A stretch of 64,000 nt of DNA from an uncultured Phycisphaerales bacterium (GTDB lineage: Bacteria; Planctomycetota; Phycisphaerae; Tepidisphaerales; Tepidisphaeraceae): contig CAVWLP010000003.1 of the NCBI GenBank assembly GCA_963755915.1, forward strand, positions 1,408,001-1,472,000, read 5' to 3'. This document shows, piece after piece, positions 34,700-44,919 of this stretch. The number at the start of each line of letters is the position of its first letter. Positions within the stretch are counted from its first letter, which is position 1. The position numbers and the translations under genes are program-made. The notes beneath the pieces were generated by a model that saw nothing but the letters and a program-made list of their open reading frames with translations, was not told the DNA's origin and did not search any database.

Positions 34700-36001
34700 A
34701 TGAGCGATTTCACGATCCAGCCGATCACCTCGCCCTTCACCGCAGCGATCACCCCGCCAGGCTCCAAGAGCATCACCAATCGCGCCCTGGTGCTGGCCGC
34801 GCTGGCGGCCGGACGCAGCACCCTGAGCAACGTCCTCTTCGCCGACGACACGCGGGTGATGATGGACGCCCTGCAAGCGCTCGGATTTGAGCTGCGCCCG
34901 CACGAGCAGACGCATTCGGTGGCAATGCTCGGCCGGGCGGGGGCGATTCCCGTCGCCGCCGCACGCCTCCAGTGCGGAAACTCCGGCACCACCATCCGCT
35001 TCCTCACTGCCATGTGCGCGCTGGGCAGGGGTGAATTTATTCTCGACGGCGTGGAGCGCATGCGCCAGCGCCCCATCGGCGACCTTGCCGATATGCTCAA
35101 AAACCTCGGCGTGCGAACCCGATTCCTCGAGCAAACCGGGTTTCCCCCCATCCTGGTTCACGGCGACCAGCTTCCCGGCGGCCTGCTGCGCGGGCGCGGC
35201 GGCATCCAGCCAATTTCTCTCGGCGATCCTCATGGCTGCCCCCTACGCGCGGCATGAGCTGCGCGTTGATCTGATCGAGCCGCAAACAAGCTGGCCCTAT
35301 ATTGAGCTCACGATGCTGATGATGGACGCGTTTCACCTCACGCCCGAACTGATCCGCGACCCCAAAACCCAGGAGCCCAAAACGATCATCGTTCCGCAGG
35401 GGACATACGTCGGCCAGTCGTTTGCCGTCGAACCCGACGCCAGCAACGCCTCCTATTTCCTGGCCCTGGCCGCGATTCATCCCGCGGCGAAAGTAACCAT
35501 TCGCGGACTCGGCAAGCAGAGCCGCCAGGGCGATGTGGGATTCGGCGACGTCCTTCGTCGCATGGGCGCGCACGTAACGATGGAAAGAGATTCGATCACC
35601 GTCACCGGCCCCGCGGAATTGCACGGGATCGACATCGACCTGGGCCCCATGCCCGATACCGCGCAAACGCTGGCCGCCGTCGCCCTTTTTGCCAACGGCC
35701 GGACGACGATTCGCGGCCTCAAGACGCTCCAGGTAAAGGAGACCGATCGCCTGGCCGCCCTCAGCGCCGAGCTGACGAAGCTGGCGCGGCCGTCGTCGCA
35801 ACATCGGACACGCTCCAGATCGACGCGCCCCTGAGCGTCAAGCCCGCCGACATCGCGACGTATGACGATCACCGGATGGCGATGAGTTTCGCCCTGGTCG
35901 CGACCAAGTCGCCGGGCGTGGTCATCAAGGACTCGCAGTGCGTGAACAAAACCTACCCGAATTTCTTCGAAGACCTTCGAAAAGTCCTCAATCCCGCCTG
36001 A
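34700..36001 (+). CDS. aroA: EPSP synthase (frameshifts near 35192 and 35785)
   Basis: PGSKSITNRAL, GNSGTTIRFL, RMRQRPI, SSQFLS, EPDASNASY, VKETDRL, DDHRMAMSF, KTYP.F. Confidence 0.95.
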
Positions 36002-37096
36002 CCTTCGGAGGAGGCGTCTCGACTTCCACCGCAACCTGCAATCTCTCAAATCCCATGACGCGATAGGCAATGGCCGAAGCCCCCCAGCTCGCGATGAAAA
36101 TCGCGATGATGATGACGCCGATCAGCCCGAAGTGATAATCGTCATTCAGCTTTCCGACGGCGCTCCAGAAAACCCCCTGGAGCTGGAATTTATCGCCGAC
36201 GACGCCAAGCAACTCCAGCCCGCCGACGAGGAACGCCACCAGCACCGAGACCGCGGTGATAGTCATATTGTAATAGAGCTTGCGAACGGGGTGAATGAAC
36301 GCCCAGCCATAGGCGCCGAGCATCAGCACGCCGTCGGCGGTATCGACCAGACACATCCCGGCCGTAAAGAGCAGTGGAAAAACCAGGATGTCTCGGATCG
36401 GCATCCCATGACTCGCCGCGGCGGCGGAAATCCCCAGCATCCCCACCTGCGTCGCCGTATCGAAGCCAAGTCCAAAGAAGAACCCGACGGCGTACATCTT
36501 CCAGCTTCGGTCCAGCAGTCGAAGCACCGGGCGCACCGCCCGCCCGATGCGCCCCATCGAATCGAGAATCGCCGCCAGATCCTGATCGACGTACGGCTCG
36601 CCCCGGCGGATGCGCAAAATGTCTTCGCCACGCTGCGAAGGACCAGCAGGTTCATCGACGCGATGGCAAACAGGAAAATCGCCGAAATGAGCGTGCCCAC
36701 AAGCCCGCCCGTATTGGCCAGGACCCTGAAATGCGACTGCACGGCCGCCGCTGTTACCGCGATCGCGACCGTCAGCAAAATAACGATCGTCGAATGCCCA
36801 ATCGAAAAGTAAAAGCCGACGAGGCTCGGCCGCTGCCCTTCCTGCATCAGCTTTCGCGTCACGTTGTCGATTGCGCAGATATGATCGGCGTCCAACGCAT
36901 GGGCGAGCCCCAGAAGATACGCAACGCCGCCAAGCTCCAGCAGGTTCACGTGCCCGTGAAACGCCAGCAGGGCGAGCAGCCAGACCAGCGCGTTGGCGGC
37001 CAGAAAGCGCACAAATCGTCCCAACCGCCCTGGCGGCAGTATCCGCTGTACGCAACGAACCCGGCTGATTAAACTGCGAGCTTGCCATCGGGCCAT
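35988..37096 (-). CDS. NiCoT (HoxN/HupN/NixA) nickel/cobalt transporter (frameshift near 36617)
   Basis: HALDADHICAIDNVTRK, FSIGHSTIV, FGLGFDTAT, PVRKLYYN. Confidence 0.92.
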
Positions 37097-37260
37097 ATCC
37101 TCCCAATATCCCTTTCAACGGCCATCCGGCCGGGATCCCCAGGCAGTTTACGCGGAAGTGAAATGTTCATCATCCCCCAACTCACAGCATTCTGACCCGT
37201 CCAATGGATTCACAGGCAATGCTCCGGTAAACTCGCATCGGCTCTGAAAAAGAGCCATTT

Positions 37261-37349
37261 GGAGAGGTGTCCGAGTGGCTGAAGGAGCAGCACTGGAAAT
37301 GCTGTAGGCGGCTTAAACCGTCTCGGGAGTTCGAATCTCCCCCTCTCCG
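37261..37349 (+). tRNA. tRNA-Ser (anticodon GGA), CCA not encoded
   Basis: Acceptor GGAGAGG/CCTCTCC+G, anticodon arm CAGCA-CTGGAAA-TGCTG, long variable arm, T-loop GTTCGAATC. Confidence 0.95.
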
Positions 37350-37365
37350 CATTTTAAGTTCATCA

Positions 37366-37410
37366 AAAACGCTAAGCCGCTAATAGTCAGCAGCTTGGCG
37401 TTTCTTTTTC
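37366..37410 (+). terminator. Hairpin with T-tract after the tRNA
   Basis: AAACGCTAAGCCGCT...AGCAGCTTGGCGTTTCTTTTT imperfect stem. Confidence 0.55.
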
Positions 37411-37472
37411 GCCTTCGACTGCTCCCCCCTGGTGCACAAGTGGTGCACAGATGATGCACCGGGAGCAGTGCA

Positions 37473-38899
37473 ATGTCACATCGCATCAGATTCGTCCGGC
37501 GCCGGATAGGGCACGTCTCCATCTACGAGCATCACGGGAGCTGGTGGGTTTACCACCGCCACCAAGGCAAACCGATTCGTCGCCACGTTGGTGAGAGCGC
37601 CGCGATGGCGGAGTGTGAGGCCTCGCTGACCAACGCGCGGCTTGTCGCCGAGGCCGCTGGCGTTCCGCTTAAATCGATGCCGTCCATGGCGGAGTTGGGG
37701 CGACACTGCGTCCAAGCTGCAATTCCATCCCCATCTGTCTCCGCCACCGCCGCCTCTTCAAGCATGACGGTGTCTAACCTGCGTCAGGCCTTCCTGGCTC
37801 ACCACGAAAAGGTTTTGCACTCCAGCCTGGCCACCGTCTCCCGCTACAGGGCAGCAACGGCCTACCTAGAAGCTTTCGCGGAGAAGGAAAGGACGGTGGA
37901 TCCGGCACAGGTCATCGTTCCGCGGTTCATTGAATTCCTCCGCACCACCGAGATATCGCCAAACGGCCATCCCAATACCGCCAAACGTCGGCTGCGCGAC
38001 AAGGGCGTGATTTTCGTGCTGGAATGTAGCCGGAGCGTCTACCACTTCGGATTTCGCCACGGGTTTATCGCCAAACACACGGCCAATCCGTTCACAGAAA
38101 TGAGAATTGGTGCCCTGCGTGTGCGGGATGCCAAGCCGATATTCGTGTTTGATGCCGAGCAGGAGCTGGCTTTTTTCCAGGCATGCAATCCCTGGGAATT
38201 CTCGATTCATTTCACGATCGCAAAAACGGGTGTTCGGCCCGGAGAGCTTTCGCACGCCCTGATTGAAGACACGGACCTTGAACGGGGCTGGCTGTTCGTG
38301 CGAGGCAAGGCGGAACTGGGCTGGAGTACCAAGACAAGCCGAGAGCGTCGTGTACCGCTCATCCCGGAAGTCGTATCGGTAGTGCGCCAGGTAATTAGCA
38401 ATCGAACTGCCGGGCCTCTGTTTCTCCAGCGGCGGTTTCGACCGGATCAATTAGCGATTTCATGCTCTAATCGAGCGGAATTGGCAACGCTCGCCAAGCG
38501 GCGGCTCGGTTCGGCGGCGCTAAAAAGGGGCAAGCTCTTTCACGCTACGAGGAAACGCGTGTCTTGGCGACAATCTGGCGCGACGCCGGTGCTGTTCCCG
38601 TTGACCGGATTCGCACCTCGTTCATTCACGCTGCCAACACTGCCAACCTGTCCGCCACCTGCCCCAAAAGCTGGCGGCATACGTTCGCCACCCTCATGCA
38701 GGAAGCCAACGTGGATCTGCTCGTGCGCCAGGAGACTCTTGGTCATAGGCCCCTGGCAATAGAATCCTCGGCGCTGGGGATGACCGGCATTTACACCCAC
38801 ACCACGCCGCAATTCCAGCGGCAGGAAATCGAGCGTGCGCTGCGATTGCGTCCGCACTCCTTGGCGTTGGCGCGGGCACGGGTACACGGCGACGGATAG
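37473..38899 (+). CDS. Tyrosine recombinase/integrase (frameshift near 38523)
   Basis: KTGVRPGEL, KTS..R.VPL, PKSWRHTFAT, LGH, IYTH. Confidence 0.88.
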
Positions 38900-39005
38900 G
38901 TGGGAACGTGCAATTTACGCCAACGGCGGATGGATCCGCCGTCGCGCGTTCAAAATTCAATGCATCAACAAACGAAATCACGCTTATCCAGAAATCGAGG
39001 TTCCA

Positions 39006-39420
39006 ATGAACTTGAAGAAAATGGCTCCCAGCAACGGGACAAAAATATTGAATGTCTTGGTGATAGGTCGCGTATCCAGACCTGAGCAACCGATCACGAA
39101 TATCGAAGCGGGATATCTTTATGCTGAAAGGTGCCTTAAAGACGTTTATGATGGCGAGGCAGAGGTCAGACGTTTAGGGGAGCAGGGCAGCGGGATGCTT
39201 GTTGATCGTGAAACGATCATGGAAGCCTATGAACTCATCGAACGCGGATGGCCGGATTTGGTGTTGATGGAGGATATTTCCAAGAGCTATAGGAATCCCC
39301 GCTGGATCTACGCTTTCGTGCAAGACTGTTTCGACGCGGGCGTGCGTGTCATCGCTCCAGGCGATGGCTTGGATACCTGGGAAGATAACTGGGAAGTCAT
39401 CCTCGGAGCGGCGGCTACCC
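39006..39420 (+). pseudogene. Truncated serine recombinase (resolvase catalytic domain only)
   Basis: VIGRVS..EQ, EQGSG...DR, DLVLMEDISKSYR, GVRVIAPGDGLDT; similarity breaks off after LGAAATR. Confidence 0.7.
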
Positions 39421-39597
39421 GCCAAGTTCGTCAACGCCAACGGCTCCGGCGACTGCATGATCGCCGGCTCGATTGCGGATCTCCTGTGCGAATACCCGCT
39501 GCCAGACGCCGCGCGCATCGCCTGCTGTGTGGGCTCATGTTGCTTCGAATTGGTAACGGCGACAGGTGGTGTCGTCCCCTGGGAAAAAGTACTTTTC
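39418..39597 (+). pseudogene. C-terminal fragment of a PfkB-family carbohydrate kinase
   Basis: FVNANGSGDCMIAG resembles the PfkB (V-D-T-x-G-A-G-D) signature, followed by AARIA..VGSCC.E..TATGGV. Confidence 0.55.
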
Positions 39598-39648
39598 CAA
39601 CGCGAGTTTGGAATGGGAACCGCTCCGATCATAGGATCCAGGATCGAT

Positions 39649-41535
39649 TCAAAGCTGCGGCATTCTGTATGCACCGACACCTTTGGTGATGAGCCGTGCC
39701 GGAACATCCGCGCGCTCGAGCTCCAAAAAGATACCCCAGGCTTTGCCCCGCGCGGTGCCGAGGGCGATGATGAGCTGGTGGTTCCCCGCGTTTGCCATGA
39801 ATTTGCTGATAGCTTTCGACAACGATGCGGGATTTGTGCCGTTGGGGTCGAAAACTAATTCCTTTTCGTCGATCCAGACTTTGACGGGGCCGTCGTAGCC
39901 GAGGTGCAGGGCGAGGTTCATCGGTTCGTCGCATCGGAACCGTTTGGCGAAGCAGACCATTTCATCCTTGCGGCCGCGCGCGCCAATTTCGTTGTGTAGA
40001 TCGCAAAACGGGCCCTGGAAAGAGCGATGTTTGAATTGGCGAACCATGCTCGGGCCGGGCGGGGAAAGGGATTTCCAGTTGGCAGGGGCGGGTAGGAAAG
40101 TGCCGACGTCCAGGGTTGTGATGAAGGGAGTCATTGCCCGAGGTGGGGCGAGCGGGAGAGGGCCAAACGCGGGGAGAGAGCGATCGGCTTCGTCAATGAT
40201 ATTGCAAACGGGGTTGGTTCCGTGGCCGTAGTATAAGGCGGCATCCCAAAGACGATTTGGGGGGAATTGAGCGCGGACGAGTGCACGGGAACCGCGCAAT
40301 TCGACGGCAAACGCGTGTTCGATGTTTCCGTATGCAAGCAACGAGAAACCCATCGGTGAGCCCGGCGCACGCAATTGGCCCACAACATTGTGGAATCGAG
40401 CTTCAACGACGATCGCGCCTCGCAGAGGCCGACAGGAAACACCGGCAAGCTCGATTGGACGAACCGCGGTTTGGCGACCGAAGCGGAGTGTTTGTACTGC
40501 CTGCGCGAGACGCTTGCCGAGGCGGTTCTGGTCGGTGCCTTCGATGTGGATCGTGTCATCGAGGCGAAGATCGATTGCCGGGACGACGGCGAGATTCGGG
40601 ATGGAGCGGGGTAATCGATATTGCTGATCACGGATGGAATCCCAGGCTCTTGAGTCTTCGACTCGGCCGATGACGCGAGCGAGCTGGACGATCGCCACAG
40701 GAAGGAATTTATCATGGAAATCGCGGCGAAACGCGGCGACCAGGTTTTTCATTCGCGCCGAATAGAGTGGATGGTCTTTTTCGGTGGCGTCGCTTTCCCC
40801 CTGATACCAGACGATGCCGGCGATTTTGCCGCCGTTTTTGGCGATGCGGCGCAGGGCCGCGCCGTACAGGCTTTTGTCGCCATCGGCTTTTCGGGCGGGG
40901 TCCCATTGGGTCATAGTTGTGCCGCCGTGGGCACAGGCGAGAAGCCCCTGGGGCACGCCAGCGGAGAGACTTTTCATGGTGTGTCCGAACGCGGGGCCTG
41001 GACCGACGCCAAACCATGAAGGGGGTGGGGGGTCGAGGCGTCCACCGGAGATGTCGGTGTGAACGGGGTCGATGGCTTGCCAGAGGTTGTGGATTGGATC
41101 CTGAGCGATTCGCCACTGGTCGTTCATATAGAAGGCGCGGACGAGGGGATGGGGTTTTAGGTTTGATTCGGGGGTGATGTGGCCGCAGCCTTGCATGTTG
41201 GACTGCCCGCCGAGGAGCCAGACATCGCCGATCAAGACGTCGTCGACGACGGAGCGTGCGCCGCTGATTTGAATTTCGATTCGATAGGGGCCGCCGGCGG
41301 GGATACCGGTTAAGACGCCGGTAAATTTTCCATTTTTGGAATGACCGACGACGGAACGGTTGAATTTGGGAATGATCCGCCGGCCGCGCCATACGGTGGC
41401 GAGGATGGGGCCGGAGGGGGTAGCGGTGCCGGCGAAGCGGGCCTCGGAGATGTTTTGTCTACCGCGCTGCAGAACCATGTGGGGAAAGAGTCCGGAGGTG
41501 ATTTGGATTTGCGTGTTCATTTTTTGCATCGTCAT
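39649..41535 (-). CDS. Sialate O-acetylesterase-family (SASA/SGNH) esterase, cytoplasmic
   Basis: HMVLQR, GDVWLLGGQSNMQG, VWYQGESD, DDTIH. Confidence 0.85.
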   Translation of the reverse strand: MTMQKMNTQIQITSGLFPHMVLQRGRQNISEARFAGTATPSGPILATVWRGRRIIPKFNRSVVGHSKNGKFTGVLTGIPAGGPYRIEIQISGARSVVDDVLIGDVWLLGGQSNMQGCGHITPESNLKPHPLVRAFYMNDQWRIAQDPIHNLWQAIDPVHTDISGGRLDPPPPSWFGVGPGPAFGHTMKSLSAGVPQGLLACAHGGTTMTQWDPARKADGDKSLYGAALRRIAKNGGKIAGIVWYQGESDATEKDHPLYSARMKNLVAAFRRDFHDKFLPVAIVQLARVIGRVEDSRAWDSIRDQQYRLPRSIPNLAVVPAIDLRLDDTIHIEGTDQNRLGKRLAQAVQTLRFGRQTAVRPIELAGVSCRPLRGAIVVEARFHNVVGQLRAPGSPMGFSLLAYGNIEHAFAVELRGSRALVRAQFPPNRLWDAALYYGHGTNPVCNIIDEADRSLPAFGPLPLAPPRAMTPFITTLDVGTFLPAPANWKSLSPPGPSMVRQFKHRSFQGPFCDLHNEIGARGRKDEMVCFAKRFRCDEPMNLALHLGYDGPVKVWIDEKELVFDPNGTNPASLSKAISKFMANAGNHQLIIALGTARGKAWGIFLELERADVPARLITKGVGAYRMPQL

Positions 41536-41615
41536 TGAATGTTGCCGGTTAGACAATTAGGTTGAGAAGAGGTCGTGAGGGATAGATAGTAAATTTTCTT
41601 TGGAGAGCTCGAGCT

Positions 41616-42449
41616 ATGAAAAAGATTGCGGTTACGGGTGGTAATGGGAAGCTGGGACGGTTTGTTGTTGCCGACCTTCTTGAGCATGGATTCGATGTGA
41701 CGAATCTGGATACGGACAGGTCGAGCGACTTGAAATGCCGTACGCGTCAGGTGGAATTGTGCGACTTTGGGCAAACGATCGACGCTCTGTCTGAGATGGA
41801 CGGGGTGGTGCATCTTGCGGCGATCTGTCAGGCGCGCGTTGCGCCCGATGCCGAGACGTTTCGCGTGAACACCCTGAGCACGTTCAACGTTTTTCACTCG
41901 GCGAAGGTGCTGGAGATACCGCGCGTTGTCTGGGCGAGCAGCGAGACGACGCTGGGATTGGCCTGGTCGAAGGATAATCCGCCGAAGTATGTACCGATTG
42001 ACGAAGATCATTTTCCGCATACTGACAGCACCTACGCGTTGTCCAAGCATGTGGGGGAGATCATTGCAGGGCAGTATGCGCGTTGGGGTACGACGACTTT
42101 TGTGGGGTTGCGATTCAGTAATATTATGGCTCCGCAGGATTACGCGGAGTTTCCGAGTTACTGGTCGGATCCGTTGAAGCGGGTGTCGAATCTGTGGGCG
42201 TATATTGATGCGCGTGATGGCACCCAGGCCTGCCGGCTTGGACTGGGTGCGGATATAAAGGGAAGCGAGAATTTTATTATCACTTCGCCAGACACGGTGA
42301 TGAATCGGCCCACAATGGAGCTTTTGAAAGAGGTCTTTCCGAAAGTTCCGGTGAAGCGGCAGTTGGAGGGTTTTGATACACCGCTGCTGAATGAGAAAGC
42401 ACGAAGCATGCTTGGGTATAAGCCTACGTATTCCTGGCGCACGTCGTAG
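41616..42449 (+). CDS. NAD-dependent epimerase/dehydratase family
   Basis: VTGGNGKLG, VVHLAA, YALSK. Confidence 0.88.
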   Translation: MKKIAVTGGNGKLGRFVVADLLEHGFDVTNLDTDRSSDLKCRTRQVELCDFGQTIDALSEMDGVVHLAAICQARVAPDAETFRVNTLSTFNVFHSAKVLEIPRVVWASSETTLGLAWSKDNPPKYVPIDEDHFPHTDSTYALSKHVGEIIAGQYARWGTTTFVGLRFSNIMAPQDYAEFPSYWSDPLKRVSNLWAYIDARDGTQACRLGLGADIKGSENFIITSPDTVMNRPTMELLKEVFPKVPVKRQLEGFDTPLLNEKARSMLGYKPTYSWRTS

Positions 42450-42468
42450 TGGTTGGGGCATTTTGGGG

Positions 42469-43380
42469 TCAGGGTCCAATCGCCCGGATTGTTAAATCGA
42501 AGAGCCGGTCTACTTCGAGCCGGGTTTCATCGTCGAGGACAAATCCAACCGGACTGCGAACGAGCGAATTGGAAAAGATGCCTTGTTTTACGAGAAGGTA
42601 TTTTTCGATGGTTAGAAAAGCGTCGAGGCTGGTCGGAATCGACATCAGCGCGGAGATGGGCATCGAAATACGATTGGCGCGTTCGGTGTTATTGTTTCGG
42701 AGGGCTCGCCAGAGGGCGACGATTCCCTTGATCAAATCGGCTCCGGGCATTGTTCCGGCGACTCCGCGGCGATAACTATCGATAAGCGCTTTTCCGCCGG
42801 TGCCTTCGAATATTCGGGCTTCGCCGGCGGTTATGTCGCGCAGGGCGCTAAGTCGCGGGCCTGCGGAAGTGCCCTCTGGTTTGAAAAGTATTCGGTCGGC
42901 GCCGAACTCGATCAGCAACTCGGCCTGGATGGACAATGGGATCTGACGGCCTAAATAACCGCTGGCGTCCTGGATGATGAGCGGGATGTTTATTGCGCGA
43001 ATTATTCGCTGGTAGTATCGCTTCAGGACGGGTCCATCGGCGGCGATCGTTATGGGGGGAATGGCCATTACGGCGGCGGCGCCGCAATGCTGGGCGTGTT
43101 GGGCCAACCGTTCTGAAACGATGCTGCTTTCTGATCCGACACTGACGATGACGGGCCCGCGGTCGCGAGCAAAATGACATGCGTTTTTGGCCAGCGCTTT
43201 GCGCTCGGGGGTGGAGAGCCTGAGTACTTCTGAGACCATGGCCATGACGATGCCGCTGGCGCCGTTTTCGAACAGCCAGTCGATTTCGCGGCTGAGGGTC
43301 GGGAAGTCTATGGACTCGTCGTCGAGATACGGCGTTTGAAAGACCGGGAGAACTCCTTCGATTTGCGCGGCGCGGCTCAT
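42469..43380 (-). CDS. DHDPS/NAL-family class I aldolase
   Basis: GVLPVFQTPY...IDF, SEVLRLS..ER, MAIPP, LFKPE (Schiff-base Lys), GTMPG. Confidence 0.85.
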   Translation of the reverse strand: MSRAAQIEGVLPVFQTPYLDDESIDFPTLSREIDWLFENGASGIVMAMVSEVLRLSTPERKALAKNACHFARDRGPVIVSVGSESSIVSERLAQHAQHCGAAAVMAIPPITIAADGPVLKRYYQRIIRAINIPLIIQDASGYLGRQIPLSIQAELLIEFGADRILFKPEGTSAGPRLSALRDITAGEARIFEGTGGKALIDSYRRGVAGTMPGADLIKGIVALWRALRNNNTERANRISMPISALMSIPTSLDAFLTIEKYLLVKQGIFSNSLVRSPVGFVLDDETRLEVDRLFDLTIRAIGP

Positions 43381-43429
43381 ATCGATTTGCGATTCGTGGC
43401 CGGGGGGTGGGTGAGATCGATTCGGCGCG

Positions 43430-44481
43430 TCAAGCCTTGTCCATGCAACATTTTTTATATTTCTTTCCGCTGCCGCAGGGGCAAGGGTCGTTTCTGCCGG
43501 TTTTCGAATCCGCGGCGGGGTTCTTCGGGCGTCGGTTTTTGGCCAAGGTCTTCGTTGCCGAGAGTGAAAGCTGTGGTAATGGCGATAATGCAAATGGCGC
43601 TGGGTCCTGATTCGCAGGCGGCGGGCTGGAACGGCGCGGGCTTTGGGGAATCGGGGCGGGGGAACTGGGTTTTTCTTCCGTGAATTCGCGTAGCTCAAGC
43701 TTCACCTGATGCTGAGGCGCATCGGCTCCGCCCAGTTCGACTCCGCGAAAGTAGTGCTTTTGCCAACCGTTGTTTGAGGTTTTCGGGCCGGTTGTTTTGA
43801 GATTGTGGAGAAATTTTGAGCGGCTGTTGGACCAATTCATGTAGGCTGAAAAGACTTCGGGATGTCGCCGGACGTCGCGGATTTCGGGGACGAAGGATTC
43901 AAGCAAGGCGCGCGGCTGGGGCGTTACCATGCATATCGGCTCGTCTTTTTCGAAGACGACCGGTGCGTGAGGACGCGTGAAGCGCCAGTTCATGGTGAAT
44001 GTGGCGACGGTCCAATCGGTTTCGACGATTCCTTCGAGCGGGGCGATTCCATCTTTTTGCAGATTTGCCGGTCCGCGAACGTGAAGATTGAACCCGGGAG
44101 AGGTGCGAAAGAGGAAGGGGAGGATGAAGGTGAGGACGCCTTCGCCGAAATGTCCGACGGCGGCGCACTTTTCGGCGTGATCAAGACGTTCGATGCGGAC
44201 GCAGGTGGGGTCCCAGCCGCCGGTCCAGGTTGCGCGGATGGGTTGGTCGTTGAGAATCCACCATCCGGATTGATTGGCGATCAAGAGCGGCAGACAACGA
44301 TTGGCGACGTGCTGGCGGGTATCATCCATCCATTGGCGGGCGCGGGGGCGCGAACGAGCCTCATGCGTGGCCAATCGGTTACGCGATAGGCGATTAACTG
44401 GGGGGTCTGCAGCTCGGGCTGAGTAGCTGTGGCCGCGGGAGAGGCTGGGCTTTCATTTGCGGACATGGGAACAAGCGACAT
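43430..44481 (-). CDS. DUF6065-like protein with C-terminal SEC-C motif (frameshift near 44340)
   Basis: RQWMD..ANRCLPLLIANQSGW, GPAN..KDGIAPLEGIVETDW, WQKHYFRG; GRNDPCPCGSGKKYKKCC. The DUF assignment is from memory. Confidence 0.7.
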
Positions 44482-44919
44482 TCGGGATCGACGGCGCGGT
44501 TGAGCCGACGACACGGAACATAATTTTACGCGTTATTCTTCGTGAGTGTATCAATTTCGAAGAATAGACGCGCGAAAACGGCGCGGGCGCAGTGATTCGA
44601 TATTCGACTTCGTACCTTTATATATCACTATGTACCAATTTCAAGAATAAAATGGACGAAAGCGCGTAGTTACCGGCGGGCGAAATGCGCTTTGAAGCGC
44701 GTTTCGAATTTGCGGAGCGGGCAACCGCTAAAGTCGCAAAAGGTGCGGAAGAGTTTGATTGAAACGAATGCCGCTCCGGCGATCCGCGTCATAGGAATTC
44801 AATTGTTGAAAAGGCGGGGCGGCGCTGTTAATATGCCTCAACAAGACGTTGCTGATAAGTTAATACCACTTGCGATAACCGCCGCGCTCGTAACGAGCAA
44901 ATTCGCAGAATTCACACCG

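Noticed and set aside
37097-37260. Cobalamin or NiCo riboswitch upstream of NiCoT
   Set aside because: No B12-box or other conserved elements seen; the short region also has to hold the tRNA promoter.
43381-43698. N-terminal extension of the DHDPS-family ORF
   Set aside because: It overlaps the SEC-C gene in another frame; the real start is probably 43380.
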